Part shown: positions 39,296-51,770 of the stretch, piece by piece
Layout of the letters: every line of letters begins with the position of its first letter
Numbering within the stretch: the stretch's first letter is position 1
NCBI RefSeq assembly: GCF_001194135.2
Contig: NC_068984.1
Span: 58,932,953-58,996,952 of the forward strand
Reading direction: 5' to 3'
Length of the DNA stretch: 64,000 nucleotides
Origin: Octopus bimaculoides
Lineage: Eukaryota
Program-made: the position numbers and the translations under genes
The notes under the pieces: model-generated
The model's database searches: none
Seen by the model: the letters and a program-made list of their open reading frames with translations, nothing else
What the model was told of the DNA's origin: nothing

Positions 39296-39813
39296 CCCTT
39301 TAACATTTGAGGCAGCTATGACCAGCAGCCCAAATATTCTATCTGTTTTATGCTCAAACTGACCAGATCCAGCTTCTCACATCCACTCTATAATGTCAAT
39401 ATAAAAATAAACAATTCCATCATGGAAATCTCAAAGCTCCAAGATAACGCATGATTAATTAAAAACAATCATCATCATCATCATTTAATGTCTGTCTTCC
39501 ATGCTTGCATGGGTTAGACAGTTTGAGTGGAGATGGTAAGCCAGAGAGCTACTCCAGTCTCCAGAGTATACTGGGTGTCTCTTACATGTCACAAGCATGG
39601 GTGCCTTTTATGCGTCACCAACATGAGTGCCTTTTACATGTTACCTACATGGGTGCCTTATATGTGTCACTGGTGTAGGTGTCTTATTTATGCCACCAGC
39701 ATGGATGCCTTTTACCTGTCACCAGCACAGGTGCCATTTATGTGTCACTGGCACTGGCCACAACCACAATTTCACTTAGCTTGTTGTGTTCTCTCAATCT
39801 GAATGCTAAAGTG
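39296..39813. mobile_element. piggyBac-like MITE interrupted by an RTE 3' fragment (-; ~39470-39790)
   Basis: Left TTAA|CCCTTTAACATT end with interior colinear to the 1739 copy; then (CAT)n and reverse-complement RTE 3' UTR; then resumes with AATCTGAATGCTAAAGTG. Confidence 0.7.
39572..39753. repeat. Seven degenerate 26-bp tandem units in the RTE 3' UTR
   Basis: Consensus approximately TGGGTGCCTTTTAYRTGTCACCAGCA. Confidence 0.85.
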
Positions 39814-40231
39814 TTACAAAGCTCTGTTCTAGGTCAACCATTCTTCATCCACCCATCTTCAGGGAAACTGTGATTACAGCAGTCACTACTATAATTTATA
39901 CCAGAAATAAAATTCATAGAATAGGTTTATGTGTCATGCTTAAGGTGAATTCTTTCTTACTGTTTTTTGAGTTTATATCCTGCCATACCTGGATTTACTT
40001 TTTGAGACTGGTGAAAAAATAGTACCAATAATGCAGTGGACATGTATTGTTTACCTACGCCATGCACTTCAAGCGTATCTTTTTTTCTATCTTTCTAATT
40101 ACTTTCAAGCTGAATAAGCAAGCAAGAATGGAAAGAGCAAGTACCTTTATAGTCTTAGTGAAAGTATTAATAACAGAGTATAGTTTAAAAAAAGGAGTAA
40201 TCTTTATCATCAACAATATTTTGTAGTAAAA

Positions 40232-40440
40232 TAAGATGGCAAGCTGGCAGAATTGTTAGCATGACAGGTAAAATGCTAAATGGCATTTCATCCATCTTCG
40301 CAGTCTAAGTTCAAATTCCGCTGAGGTTGACTTTGTTTTCATCCTTTCAGGATCGATAAGATAAGTTAAATAATGGGGTTGATGTAATTGATTTACTCTT
40401 CCCCTGAACTTACTGGCCTTGTGCTAAAACTTAAAAGCAG
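40232..40440 (+). mobile_element. SINE family B, near full length
   Basis: AGATGGCAAGCTGGCAGAATTGTTAGC (A-box-like)...GTTCAAATTCC (B-box)...GAGGTTGACTTTG...CATCCTTTC. Confidence 0.8.
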
Positions 40441-41149
40441 TATTATGTAATCAAAATTTATAATAATAATAATGATGATGCTGCAAGCATATAGTAAAAA
40501 TGAATTTTAAAAATCTACAAACTTATTGCTATTATAACAGCTATATTTCACTCTTTTGTTTTATTATATATATATATATATNNNNNNNNNNATACACACA
40601 CATACTTGTAAATATATATTATCTTACAAATAACTTCCTTTCCTCTTTTACTCTTAGTTCTTTGTAGAAAACAGCTAAATATAGACATATATGAGTTCAA
40701 GAGTGGTAAGTGGAGTCATTTTATGTGTCTTTTCATACACGTCACATATACATCTAGTATTTAATTTTATTTCCATTTTACTTTAGAAGTGGTGCGCTTT
40801 CTACTGACTGAAAAATGCTTTAATATCTTGTTGGAAGAAGCAGATGGAAGAAATGTCAACAAGTTTGTTAGTGCTACTTTAATGACCTTTAAATTAATCA
40901 TTGCTTTTGAAAACCAAAAGAAAAAAATTAACAAATGAGCAAAAGAATGTATAAATAGATATATTAATCGATAAATAGGGAGGTGTATCGTGTCATTTTA
41001 TGATCATTAACTATCAAATACTCTAAAATAAAATGTTTCAAAAAACAAAAAGAGTGAATTTCAAGTTGAATCTACTCATAGCAATCGTTTTTAAAAGAAG
41101 GAAAGGGTATGCTCCATTTTACAAAGGTGGAAATATTATGAATTATAGG

Positions 41150-41570
41150 TTCCAGCCTTGCAATATCAGCTGCAAACTCGGATGTTGCCACCTGTAATGT
41201 GGAGGAGGGAAAAATCAATACAGGTACCTCGATGTCTGCTTTCAGTTTGTGCCAGTAACTGTCGAGACGTCAGGTGTTCTAGGACCCTGTATTACCGATT
41301 TCATCCACAAAATAGTGACAGTAACAGCCCATCAGAGAAATGAGCCCTGCAAGGGGGAGTGGATGTGGCAGCAAGTGTCACTGGCCATTCTCTGCACAGT
41401 ACAACTGACCACACCATTTGTTCTGGGATATGTGGCCCATTGTCCCCTCCCCCATCATCTTCTGCTACTTTGCTCTCTCCCCACCATTTTTTCTTTTTCT
41501 TTCTTTTCTTTTCTTGGCTTTCTACTTTCTTGATTCTTTGTATTTAAATGTTCTAATGAAATAAAAATTA
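41150..41570 (+). mobile_element. CRE/NeSL-like (restriction-like endonuclease) non-LTR retrotransposon 3' remnant
   Basis: AISAANSDVATCNVEEGK, then (frameshift) YRYLDVCFQFVPVTVETSGVLGP...WMWQQVSLAIL. Matches the AE.K..KY..L...FVP.A.ET.G..G...QR.S.A.QRGN C-terminus of RLE-type elements; followed by an A-rich end. Confidence 0.65.
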
Positions 41571-41914
41571 TTTATTAAGAGTAACAAATGCAATGCAGCT
41601 GGTTTAGATTTGACTTTTGTTAAGCAGCTATTTTCCAAAATTCATGTCACCCGGGTTAATGAGTATCTTTGATTTTGAAATATGAAGCAATTATGCCTGG
41701 AATAAGTAAATATCTATTCATTACGGATCTATTGTAGTTTTCATGTGCCATATGTTGCTTCAGACTGTCTTGTTTGATGTACAAATGGAATACTAGTGTT
41801 CAGATGGATACAGGAAACAAAGGAATAAGAAATGTCACATTGTCATTAACAATTGATTTAGTTATTCTAGAAGATTTTAGTTGTTAAGGATGAATCAGAC
41901 TTGTGGTCAAAGGT

Positions 41915-42255
41915 ATTTCAGCTGTGGCATGGTTAAGATGTTCACTTTGCAATTATGTGGTTTTGAGTTCAGTCTCACTGTGCTGCATCTTGGGCAAGTG
42001 TCTTCTACTACAGCCCTGGGCTGACCAATGTTTTGTGAGTGAATTAGTTAAGCAGAAAATGTGTGGAAGCATATCATGTGTGTGTGTTTGTGTTTGTTTA
42101 CGTTCTTGTAACTTAGTGGTTAGATAAAACAGACTGATAGAATATGAAACAGACTTTAAAAATATTAAGTCTTGGCATTCATTTGTTTGACTAAACCCTC
42201 CAGGGGGGTGCCCCAGCATAGCTGCAGTCCAGTGATTGAAACAAGTAAAAGTAAA
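41915..42255 (+). mobile_element. SINE family A, full length with tail type 1
   Basis: Head, CTTGGGCAAGTGTCTTCTACTACAGCC core and CCCCAGCATAGCTGCAGTCCAGTGATTGAAACAAGTAAAAG tail. Confidence 0.8.
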
Positions 42256-42379
42256 ATATCTAGGACCACACTATCCAATGCATTCTTAGTTTTTTTTTTT
42301 TTTTTCTTGCTTTTTAAAGTAAAGCATAATTTTGAAGATGATTTGACAACTGGCTCCATAAAAGCTGGCTTATTTTCTC

Positions 42380-42880
42380 ACAGAACGCTTTTGCTTTCTT
42401 ACATTGTAACTGAGAAGTCAAGTCAGTATGGCATGACATATTATTCTACAGACTATTTTCATTGTAAGTTTAATCACAGGAGGAGAGCAGTTCCCAGGAC
42501 ATTTACAGTCTTTACAAGACTAGTGATATTGATGAGGCTCTGGAGGGAAATCCAGGGAGTTAAAAACTGGGAAGGAAGGATTTGGAAAAGTGTTTAGAAC
42601 AGTGTCTGGGAGTGAGACAACACTATGAGAGTAGTGGGAGCAGGAGGCAGTTAGACCAGGTATCCTTAGGTAGAAAGAGTACTTTAGAGAAACAGGAACC
42701 ATTGTAAATAGTGACAGAAGAAACAACACATCTATCAATTTGTGCATGGTAGTGTATTGGCAAGTGAAATCTTGCCAATCAGTCAAATGATGTCTTTTAG
42801 GTGTGGTCTAGGATGAGTGTTACCAGAAGATAACAATACAAGAAGTACGTAAAGTGACTCAACTGGATATTGAACTTACA
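42380..42880 (-). mobile_element. Degraded Jockey/CR1-group LINE 3' region
   Basis: Minus-strand pieces resembling Y.NGSC...SHYSHS...NTFPNP.FP; similar type to the 32500 fragment. Confidence 0.4.
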
Positions 42881-45800
42881 TTACTAGCTAGCATGCTGAT
42901 AGCTGATAACCATTGACTACTCTGCAGTACTTTCACAAGATTTAGATAATTGAATTCATTCCTATGAGCTGTACAGTGGTCAAATGGATATGCTATCAGC
43001 TTCTTAACTTGTGGGTTGCGACTTCATATTTTTTTACAGTTCTTTTTGTGTAACCCTGATCTAGCTAGACATATGATCAAAGGCTTTCTAACCATAACCA
43101 ACCTTTTTTGATTTTTGTTTTTGTTTTTTGTCAGACATAATGTATCTAAAACTATCTGATATATACTTCCTTTTTCAAAATATGGTTTCATTTGGGGGAG
43201 ATTTCTTCATTTGTTGATACAGCTGTATGACTGAGCAGGGCATGTCATTCTGTTACCTTTGACCTGAAAAGGCAATTAATGCAATCGTTTTTCAGTAATA
43301 TCAGAAATAGTTCAGCAAAGTAATTGTTGCAGCATTTAACATACCAAACTTTTATCAAGGTGCAATTTTCTTTATACTGTATCCACTATAAGCTCAATTC
43401 AAATTAAGCAGACATTAATAGAGCTGCTGCTGCCTCTATTGTTACTGTTGTTGTTATTACTATTGTCAGAGTTATCATTGTTTTCATTGTCAGCAACAAT
43501 CCTCTCATTATTAGAAATGTGTCTACCTACAGATGGATGGCTGCGTCTGGTGGTTCTAATGTAGTATAGACTATTGTACATCAACTATTACATGTGGTTC
43601 ACCATCAGAACCTAAGCCCAGATCCAATGGCAAAAGGAAACTGGCTGAGGTTCAATAATGAAGTGACTTCTCTTTCTCATTGTCTTCTTCTAGGCTCACA
43701 GAAGGAATTAAACTCAGTACAACAAGCTAACAAAATATTAATTAATTCTACAATGTTACCACTGCTAACAGTAGTGTGTTATTCTTAACCAAGTAATGTC
43801 TATTCACTACTAGGTGGACTTGGTTATTTGACAGTTAAATGTCTGTAACTTGCATTATTTCAGTTTTTTTTGTTTTTTTGTTTTTTTCAGTTTAGATTGT
43901 TGCTCCTTCTAGAGATCTCCATTTTTATCATCAGCATAGCATACATTGTTTAATGATGGTTTTATTTGAATGGATTTGCAAAATAACCTTTCCCATCCTT
44001 GTCAGTTATTCAGGAAGCGAACCCATAACCTTCTTTGCACACCCTCTTTTCACCTGCTTTTCAGTATTATCCATGAATTTATTACTGACTGAAGTAACAA
44101 TTTCATTTGTCCAATTAATTATGTGAGAAATTTCACCAATTCACTTGTGAGAATAGGTTATTGTGAAATTTCTGAATCTTATCTTAATTTATCTTTTAAA
44201 AAGATTTAGTCCAAATAGAAAGAACAAGTAGAGGAAGGAAATTGAGGAGTCTTTAATCCCTCCTGCAGGCAACTTTTCTTGTATCAGTAGCACAATAAGA
44301 TGCACCCTGTTCACACTGTAAAGTGGCTGATAGGAAGAGCACTCAACTGTGTTGGTCAGTTTTCGCCATTGTTGTATGTGCCAGATGATAAGGGGCAATT
44401 CATAGTGAGACCCATCCAACTCATGTCACATAAATAAGAACAAATAAATACAAGTTTGATAAGTCTGTTCTATGACAAGAAGTCTCCATCAGTGATGAGC
44501 ACTGTTGATTTCAAGGAGTGGGTAACAGGAAATTATGATGTTCATGGTTCAGTACATTATGGGAATAAATGAAATAGTTACAATATTTCAAACATGGTTT
44601 ATACACTGAGTTTGTTGGCACTTTAACAGATATTAAGGCATTTGTCATATCATCATGCACAATGCTATTTTTATGGCATATATGCCCTGCACTCAGTAAG
44701 TATAATGACTTTGTACCTTTTACTCAGTCCTTATAACCTGCGGCACCAGTTAATGTATAACATTAGTTCATTGTGTACTTGTCTTATAGTGAATACTGTA
44801 GAATAAGAGATAATGCTCTTTGAAAACTGAACCTGTGATCTGGTTTAGATTTGAATTTTGTTAAGCTGCTAATAGCTTTTAGAAAGATAGCAATGTCACA
44901 ATCCCAACCTTCCTCTCTTTTGAAGCTAACAGGGTTAATGACTATCTTTGATCAATAAAGATGAAGCAATTGTGCCTAGAATAATAAATATTTATCCCTC
45001 ATGGTTTAATGTACTTTCCATATGTTGCCATTCCTCTACTATCTTGTTTGTACAAGGATTTAATCTTAGGCTTCTTTAGTTTCAGTTTATCTTCTGTACC
45101 AACTCAATTAACTTTCAATTCTGATATTTTCTAGATTAATTCCTAAGAAAATATTCACCACATAACTGATGAAACATATTCCAATTTCATATGTGATTCT
45201 CACAAAAATATATTAATTTTCATGCCTCTTTGTTCTTTACCAATACTGCTATCTTCGTTTCACCTAAATCTATAATTTAGTTGAGTACAATTTTATTTGG
45301 CTTTACTTATTTCTAAATCTCTATGACAGCTACATAAGTAGACACAGCCTTCTATATATTGCTCTTAGTTTCATAAAGCAGTATATATTCAATATTCTCT
45401 TTATCAGCTTTCTAAATTTTAGTGCTCACAATTTAACTGAATGCTTCTGAACAATATTAATATCTAAATGGAAATGGATGGAAAGTTATATATATGTGCA
45501 AAAAAGAAGAAATCTCTCTTTCCTCTTTAAATCAAGATCTGGAGATTTTATTTGTGTTCATTTAAAATACATTAATATCAATATCTAGTTTTGTATATTA
45601 CTATTCCAGTATAACCTTTCTATTTCCCTTTGATGTTTCCCTAAGAAATTGTTCTTTTTCACAAGAATATCTGATACTTATTTTGTTATATTTAACTCTT
45701 CCTTTGCCTTTTCATATTTCCTAAACTTCCAAATTTCAACCAAGAATGGAATATTTCTTTACAATACTAATGAATATTAACACAACTCAGTTTAGATTTT

Positions 45801-46067
45801 CTCAACAGAATGTCACCCAAAGGATTGGAAGTTTCTGGCTATTGTCAGTGTTTTGATGCATTTATGGCTAAGTCTCTTGACTCTTGGTAGTTCAGTTCAC
45901 TAGACTACAAATATATGCCTTGAGTTGGTACAACTCACTGCTGGGAGAACTAGTGTCACTGTATTATTGACTGGTTTTTCATTAGCTTATAATATTGTAT
46001 TCTACTGTCTACAAAGATAAATTACTCTAGATACTCACTAAAGTAATAATCTAATATATTCACTTAC

Positions 46068-46970
46068 GGGGGTTGGCCAGAATGTTCATAAGTTGACTGT
46101 GATACTCTCATGGAATTTGACCAAATGAGGTTATTTTTCAGCATAGTCCTCCTTGCAATCCATACACTTATTCCATTGATGTTGTACTATTTGGACCCCA
46201 TTGGTGAAGAAGCTTTCTTCCTGTTGGTTAAAAAAGTTAGTAGCAGATATGACATCATTATCACTGTGACACTGGTTCCCAGCCAGACGATGGTCAGATG
46301 GGGCTAAATCAGGAAAATAGGGAGGGTAATCAACCAGTTCAAAGCCACAGTCATGCACAGCAGCCACTGAAACCAAGGACTTATGTGTTGAATCATTGTC
46401 CTGTTGAAACAAGACCCCTTTCATAAATTTCCCTGGGTGTTTGGTCATGATAGTCTTTCATAACTGCCTCAGGAAGCTGGCATAGTATTCTCCATTGATG
46501 ATGCAGACCTTATGAAGATAGTCAATAAACACAATGTTTTTTTGCATCTCAAAAAAAACTGAGGCTGTCACTTTCCTTGCAAATGAAACGACCTTGGCCT
46601 TCTTTGGAGTAGGTGAGGAGGATTGTTTCTACTGCATCAATTGTCTCTGTCTTTGGCTCAAAGTAATGAAGCCCTCACTCATCCTGGGTTAGGAAACACT
46701 CAAGTAAACCAGCTGGATCTGCCTGAAGCAATGTCAAATTTTCCTGTGATATGATAAGCCTGGTGCACTCTTGATCAGGTGTCAGAAGACGAGGCACCCA
46801 CAGAGCAGAAGCCTTCAAGACTCTCCCTTCCCCTCCTGCCCATTTTGCATTGTTGATAAAGCTAGAGTGTCATCTCCTGATGTATCAACCATGTCAGCAT
46901 GAATGTCGTTAGATCTGAGCCCTTTTCCTGAAGGTACTTGATAACACCAAGATGTCAAATGTTATCTATT
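46068..46970 (-). pseudogene. Degenerate mariner transposase with one terminal repeat
   Basis: N-terminus GVIKYLQEKG...DIHADMV; C-terminus VLFQQDN...FELVDYPPYFPDLAPSD...WNKCMDCKEDYAEK, matching the YSPDLAPSD motif. TA-CGGGGGTTGG terminus at ~46067. Confidence 0.9.
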
Positions 46971-47399
46971 TCCAAGTTACACAGTCAGACTCTCAAGTCA
47001 CTTACCTTGAGTCTGTTGTTCATTTTAAAAATAACAATTATCAACATGACAATACAGAATCATCAAATTTTATCAATCAACAAGAGTCCATTTGCACAAG
47101 TTATTCAAGAACAAAGGCAACAAGCTAACAAACCAGCAAATGTTGTTGGCAATACATGCTGTTTGGAACAGGTCACAATCATAATTCTGGAAGCTATAAG
47201 ACTGAATGTCAAGAGATTGAAAAACTGAAAATTTGGAATATTGAAAGATGGATTACTGAATATCATAATACCAATAGATCAAAACTCTGAATTAAGTCAC
47301 AGGAAAATATAAGCAAAACAGTTTTTAAAGACATTTATTCATAGTTTTAAAAGGGTATGTATTTGGGTGTGTATTAAAATATATTTATTTACTTTAAAA

Positions 47400-47995
47400 G
47401 AAAGACTGAATGTCAATAGGATTTTTCCCTGTCAAAGACACACTCCAGCCCAAACCATCACAGATAAGGGTTTTTGAGTGAGGTGAATATTTCTGGCATC
47501 CTCTGGACATGACTGAACGTTTTCTGCAAGGACCCTGTCATTTTGGCTGCTGTGAGCTTCTTCAACAGTAAACAACTTCTTGTCTGCAAAGTGCACATTG
47601 TCCAAGCCATGAGTATTGAGCTGCTCAAGCAGTGCATGACTTCTTGTAAGTCTCTTTCCCTTCGAAGAAGTTGTTAGGCTGTGAACGTTTTGGCATTTCA
47701 ATGAAGTAAGTCAAGTCCCAAGTTGCTTTTGACAACTTACCTCAATGATTCTCTTGAGACTCCCAGCTCAGCAGCCATCTTTCTCATGGAGTGCCTTGGA
47801 TTTCTGTGAACTCTGAAATTGATGATTTTCTGGAGCCTGGAAGTCCCGACTGACCTGGAACATTCTGTTCTCGCTCAATCTTGAACTCCTCCAGTGTCCC
47901 TGAATCAATTAATTTTTCAGCCAGTTGAGAAGATTCAAACTTCCTGATGGTGACTTACCAGTTTGATGTAGATCAACTATAGCAGATCATTCATG
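47400..47995 (-). pseudogene. Degenerate Tc1/mariner (maT/Tc1-like) transposase, N-terminal two thirds
   Basis: RNPRHSMRKMAAELGVSRESL HTH region, then FADKKLFTVEEAHSSQNDRV...QKPLSVMVWAGV (the FSDEK...NDRV...VMVW motif). Confidence 0.85.
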
Positions 47996-49824
47996 TTTGA
48001 TTCTGATTTTGGACAAAATTATATCTCTTAGCTTAAAGGTGAGTTCAGAACCTGAAAGAAGACAAAAAAAATCTTTAAAACAATATAAAATAATGATAAA
48101 ATTACCACTTTTTTATGTTAAACTAAGAACCTCAAAAACTGTAACAGAACTTTTGTGTGACCTTGTAGAATACATCCATTCTTTAAATTCTCTCGGCATT
48201 GAATAAAATACTAACACATATTCTAATATTTCATTGCTTGTATACCTACATTAAACTTGGAATAATCAAAATTTCTCTGTTTAGGCTAGTTTCAGCACTA
48301 AATTCACTTTAATTCTAATAACCTCTCTGATCATTTACTTATAACTGTCAACTAATTTGCAATAGAAACTATTATCAGTTAAAATTTTTATATAAATATG
48401 TTTGCAAACAACAAATGTTTGCATGAAGAAATGATTATAATCCTAACAATACAAAGAAAGATAAGCAGTGTATGAGACTAATTTTTATGTTTTCAAAATT
48501 CAGTATTTTGAAACTTGGTCTTTTGATTGCTAGTTAATGTTTGAAAATAATCAATAATAAGAAAATTCAAAGAATGGAAGTATTTTATATGCGAACTAAT
48601 TACTTATGTGATTATGTGTTCTTTAGCATCATATTTCTTCCTGCATTACATGTGTTTTTTAAATAAATGTTTTAATGATTTCCTAATAAACCCCCTTTTA
48701 AAAATATGAATACCATTTTTCTTATTTTTACCTAAAATATTTCAAAAGAAAGCTAAAGGAGATAACTCAAATGAACCAGTAACATGTATTTAGATAATTC
48801 AGATAGGTGGAAATGTATTGAATGACATATGCAAAATATTCTTAATGAATTGAAATTTGATGCTTAGATTGTTGATGTTGTTGCAGATTCTTCATCACTT
48901 AAATATACACCCACGTTTTGTCAAATTCAGTGCTATGTGACTTTCTCAATACAGCTACTACCAAATTTTGTATCTCATATTTTCTCTTAATGTTGGTGAG
49001 AGTTTGTTGGAGTTGTTTTTGTTTCATTACTTCTTCAAAGCCATGTTATTACTGACTCATAATACTACACATAAACTCTCTATTCTTCACTGTCCTTTGG
49101 TTACTACTCTAGAAATACATAATTCTGCATAATTTAATTCTTTATCAGTCAATATTACTGTCAGCTTGAAGTCAGCAATCAATGAGTTGTTATGGTTTTA
49201 CATATTGATGCGTTTTGAATATTATTGGAAAACACTCCTTTTTCTCTTTGTTTTGTTTTTTTATTTTCACATGTAGTTGTTGCTTGTTGATATCATATAG
49301 CAAAGACATATGCTAATATTGTATATGTTGCTTGTGTCAGTACTTACTATCTTTACTAAACAAAGATTACATTGAGACTGTTTTTCAGACTGTTTTCCTC
49401 ATCTTGTTTTTTTTTTGTTTTTGTTTTTTTGTGGTTTTCATCTTGTGACATGTTGTTCATTTCAATTCCTATTTTCTGATGTAGTGTTTTTGGTGGTATT
49501 TCTGCTCTGAATTAGGCTTTGCATCTGAAACCTTTATTTTTTCCTGCTGTCTTCTTTTCTGAGTAGTTAAAAGTTTTGTCATATTATTGTTCCAAAAGAC
49601 AGTAATATTTCTAATTTAACATACTTTTGACTTAATCATTTGTCTTCTACATCAGGTCCTAAATGGATAATATTTATTCAGAGATGAGTTTATCATAGAA
49701 ATACTCATCTCCAAAAGTATAAAGATTATTCTATTTGTTAACTGTGTCAATGTTATACCATTTAATTGTAGATGTATTAACTGAAATTAATTGCAATGTT
49801 ACACAATTTATCTAATGAGTATGT

Positions 49825-49876
49825 TTCTATGGTAATCAAATGTTATCTGATTCTATGGTAATCAAATGTTATCTGA
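49825..49876. repeat. Perfect 26-bp tandem duplication
   Basis: TTCTATGGTAATCAAATGTTATCTGA x2. Confidence 0.9.
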
Positions 49877-50072
49877 TTCATACTTCTATCCTAGCTTCAT
49901 GTTCATTCTTCCTGCTCACATTTTCCCTCCATATATTGTCATCTTGTAATAAATTTAACCTAACCACCAACTGTATCACTATCACTCAATTTTTTCTGTC
50001 CTTCAGTATTGAAGGGCCTGAAAAAATGAAAGGACTAAGGACACTGCTTAAGTTCCTCTACCTCATGTTAAA

Positions 50073-50665
50073 CATCATCATCATCATCGTTTAACGTCCG
50101 CTTTCCATGCTAGCATGGGTTGGACGATTTGACTGAGGACTGGTGAAACCGGATGGCAACACCAGGCTCCAATCTAATTTGGCAGAGTTTCTACAGCTGG
50201 ATGCCCTTCCTAACGCCAACCACTCAGAGAGTGTAGTGGGTGCTTTTACGTGTCACCCGCACGAAAACGGCCACGCTCGAAATGGTGTCTTTTATGTGCC
50301 NNNNNNNNNNNNNNNNNNNNNNNNNNNNNNNNNNNNNNNNNNNNNNNNNNNNNNNNNNNNNNNNNNNNNNNNNNNNCCAGGGGCACTGGCAACGATCTCG
50401 CTCGAAAATCCTACGGGAGCCAGTCAGGCGGTACTGGCAACGGCCACGCTCAAAATGGTGCATCTCATGTGCCACCCGCACAAGAACCAGTCCAGGGGCA
50501 CTGGCAACGATCTTACTTGGCTTGCCGGGTCTTCTCACGCACAGCACATTTCCAAAGGTCTCGGTCAGTAGTCATCGCCTCGGTGAGGCCCAATGTACGA
50601 AGGTCTTGCCTCACCACCTCAGCCCAGGTCTTCCTGGGCCTACCTCTTCCACGGGTTCCCTCAAC
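50073..50665 (-). mobile_element. Young 5'-truncated RTE LINE with a 7-bp TSD; contains a gap
   Basis: Minus frame VEGTRGRGRPRKTWAEVVRQDLRTLGLTEAMTTDRDLWKCAVREKTRQAK*. 3' UTR ~99% identical to 19420-19620. TGTTAAA on both sides (50066-50072, 50666-50672). Confidence 0.95.
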
Positions 50666-51114
50666 TGTTAAAAAATGAAAATTAATGTCCAGAAAATTGT
50701 CACAGTTGTTGCTCTTGATTGTGTATCAAAAGATTTAACAAGTTGATTTGGTTGAAGTGAAACCAATATCTGACATAAGAATACAACATAGTTTAATATT
50801 TTAAGTTACCAAATAAAGTACATTTATCGTAGGATCCAGCTTCTAAAGCTGAATATTACCTAGTTTCATACACCTCACATAAGACAGGTTAAGTGAAATG
50901 TCTGTACTGAGTGACTCTTATCCTTAAAGATCTGATGAAAGCAACAATCTCCTTTGCTTGTCTTTTAAATTTTAAACACTTCCTAGAAGGAGTATTTTTA
51001 TTCTACTAATTTATTCAGTTGCTTGTTTTAAATTTCAGATATGCCCAAGAGGGCATATCTTCCTCTGACACCTACTTCCTCTCTTCACTCCTATCTACCT
51101 TCTCTTTTCATTGA

Positions 51115-51450
51115 TACCTCCTCCATCCACACACCCCTACACATCCCACTGCCACACACCCCACACCCTCACCCCACCCCACATCCTCAGCTCACACCCA
51201 CATCCCACCATCACATCCCTACACCACCACACCACATCACACCACCCCACACCACATCACACCACCCCACACCACTCCACACACACTAGCACTGACCACT
51301 TCCCAGCACCCACACCACACACCATCGTCTGCACACCTACACACCATCATCTGCACACCCCCACACATGCACACATCCACACATCAAAGTCACTAGCCCC
51401 TATCCACATGTACACACACACACACACACTCACATAGACACATGCACATG
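51115..51450. repeat. CCA/CA-rich low-complexity tract
   Basis: Directly visible; possibly part of a Penelope-like non-autonomous element whose end motif (CTGTTGAAGAGCGT...) lies at ~51600. Confidence 0.8.
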
Positions 51451-51738
51451 CACCTTCGTTTTGGGATCATCAGTACTTTATTATCTCCTCTTCTTCCTAG
51501 CTCTCCTCTCAAACTATCTTTTCCCAACCAGTTGCCATGATTGACTGCTAAATCCACAAGTTTTTTATTTTCTCTCTGTTTATTTCCTCATATTCTTTTC
51601 TGTTGAAGAGCGTAAAAGACTTTCTTACTTTCCCAAGCATCAAACTAATACACCTGCTTGTTGTTCATACACCTGTCTTTGTCTTTTGTTTTTCTGTAAA
51701 TTTCAACTAAATATATATATATATTTCAACTATATAGA

Positions 51739-51770
<32 letters not shown>

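Noticed and set aside
39572-39753. Regularly spaced repeats as a CRISPR-like array
   Set aside because: The units are contiguous and degenerate with no unique spacers, lie in an RTE 3' UTR, and no cas genes are present.
45809-45903. ECHPKDWKFLAIV... as a Cys-loop receptor M4-like exon
   Set aside because: Similarity is limited to DWKF; the following conserved DR and the M4 pattern are absent.
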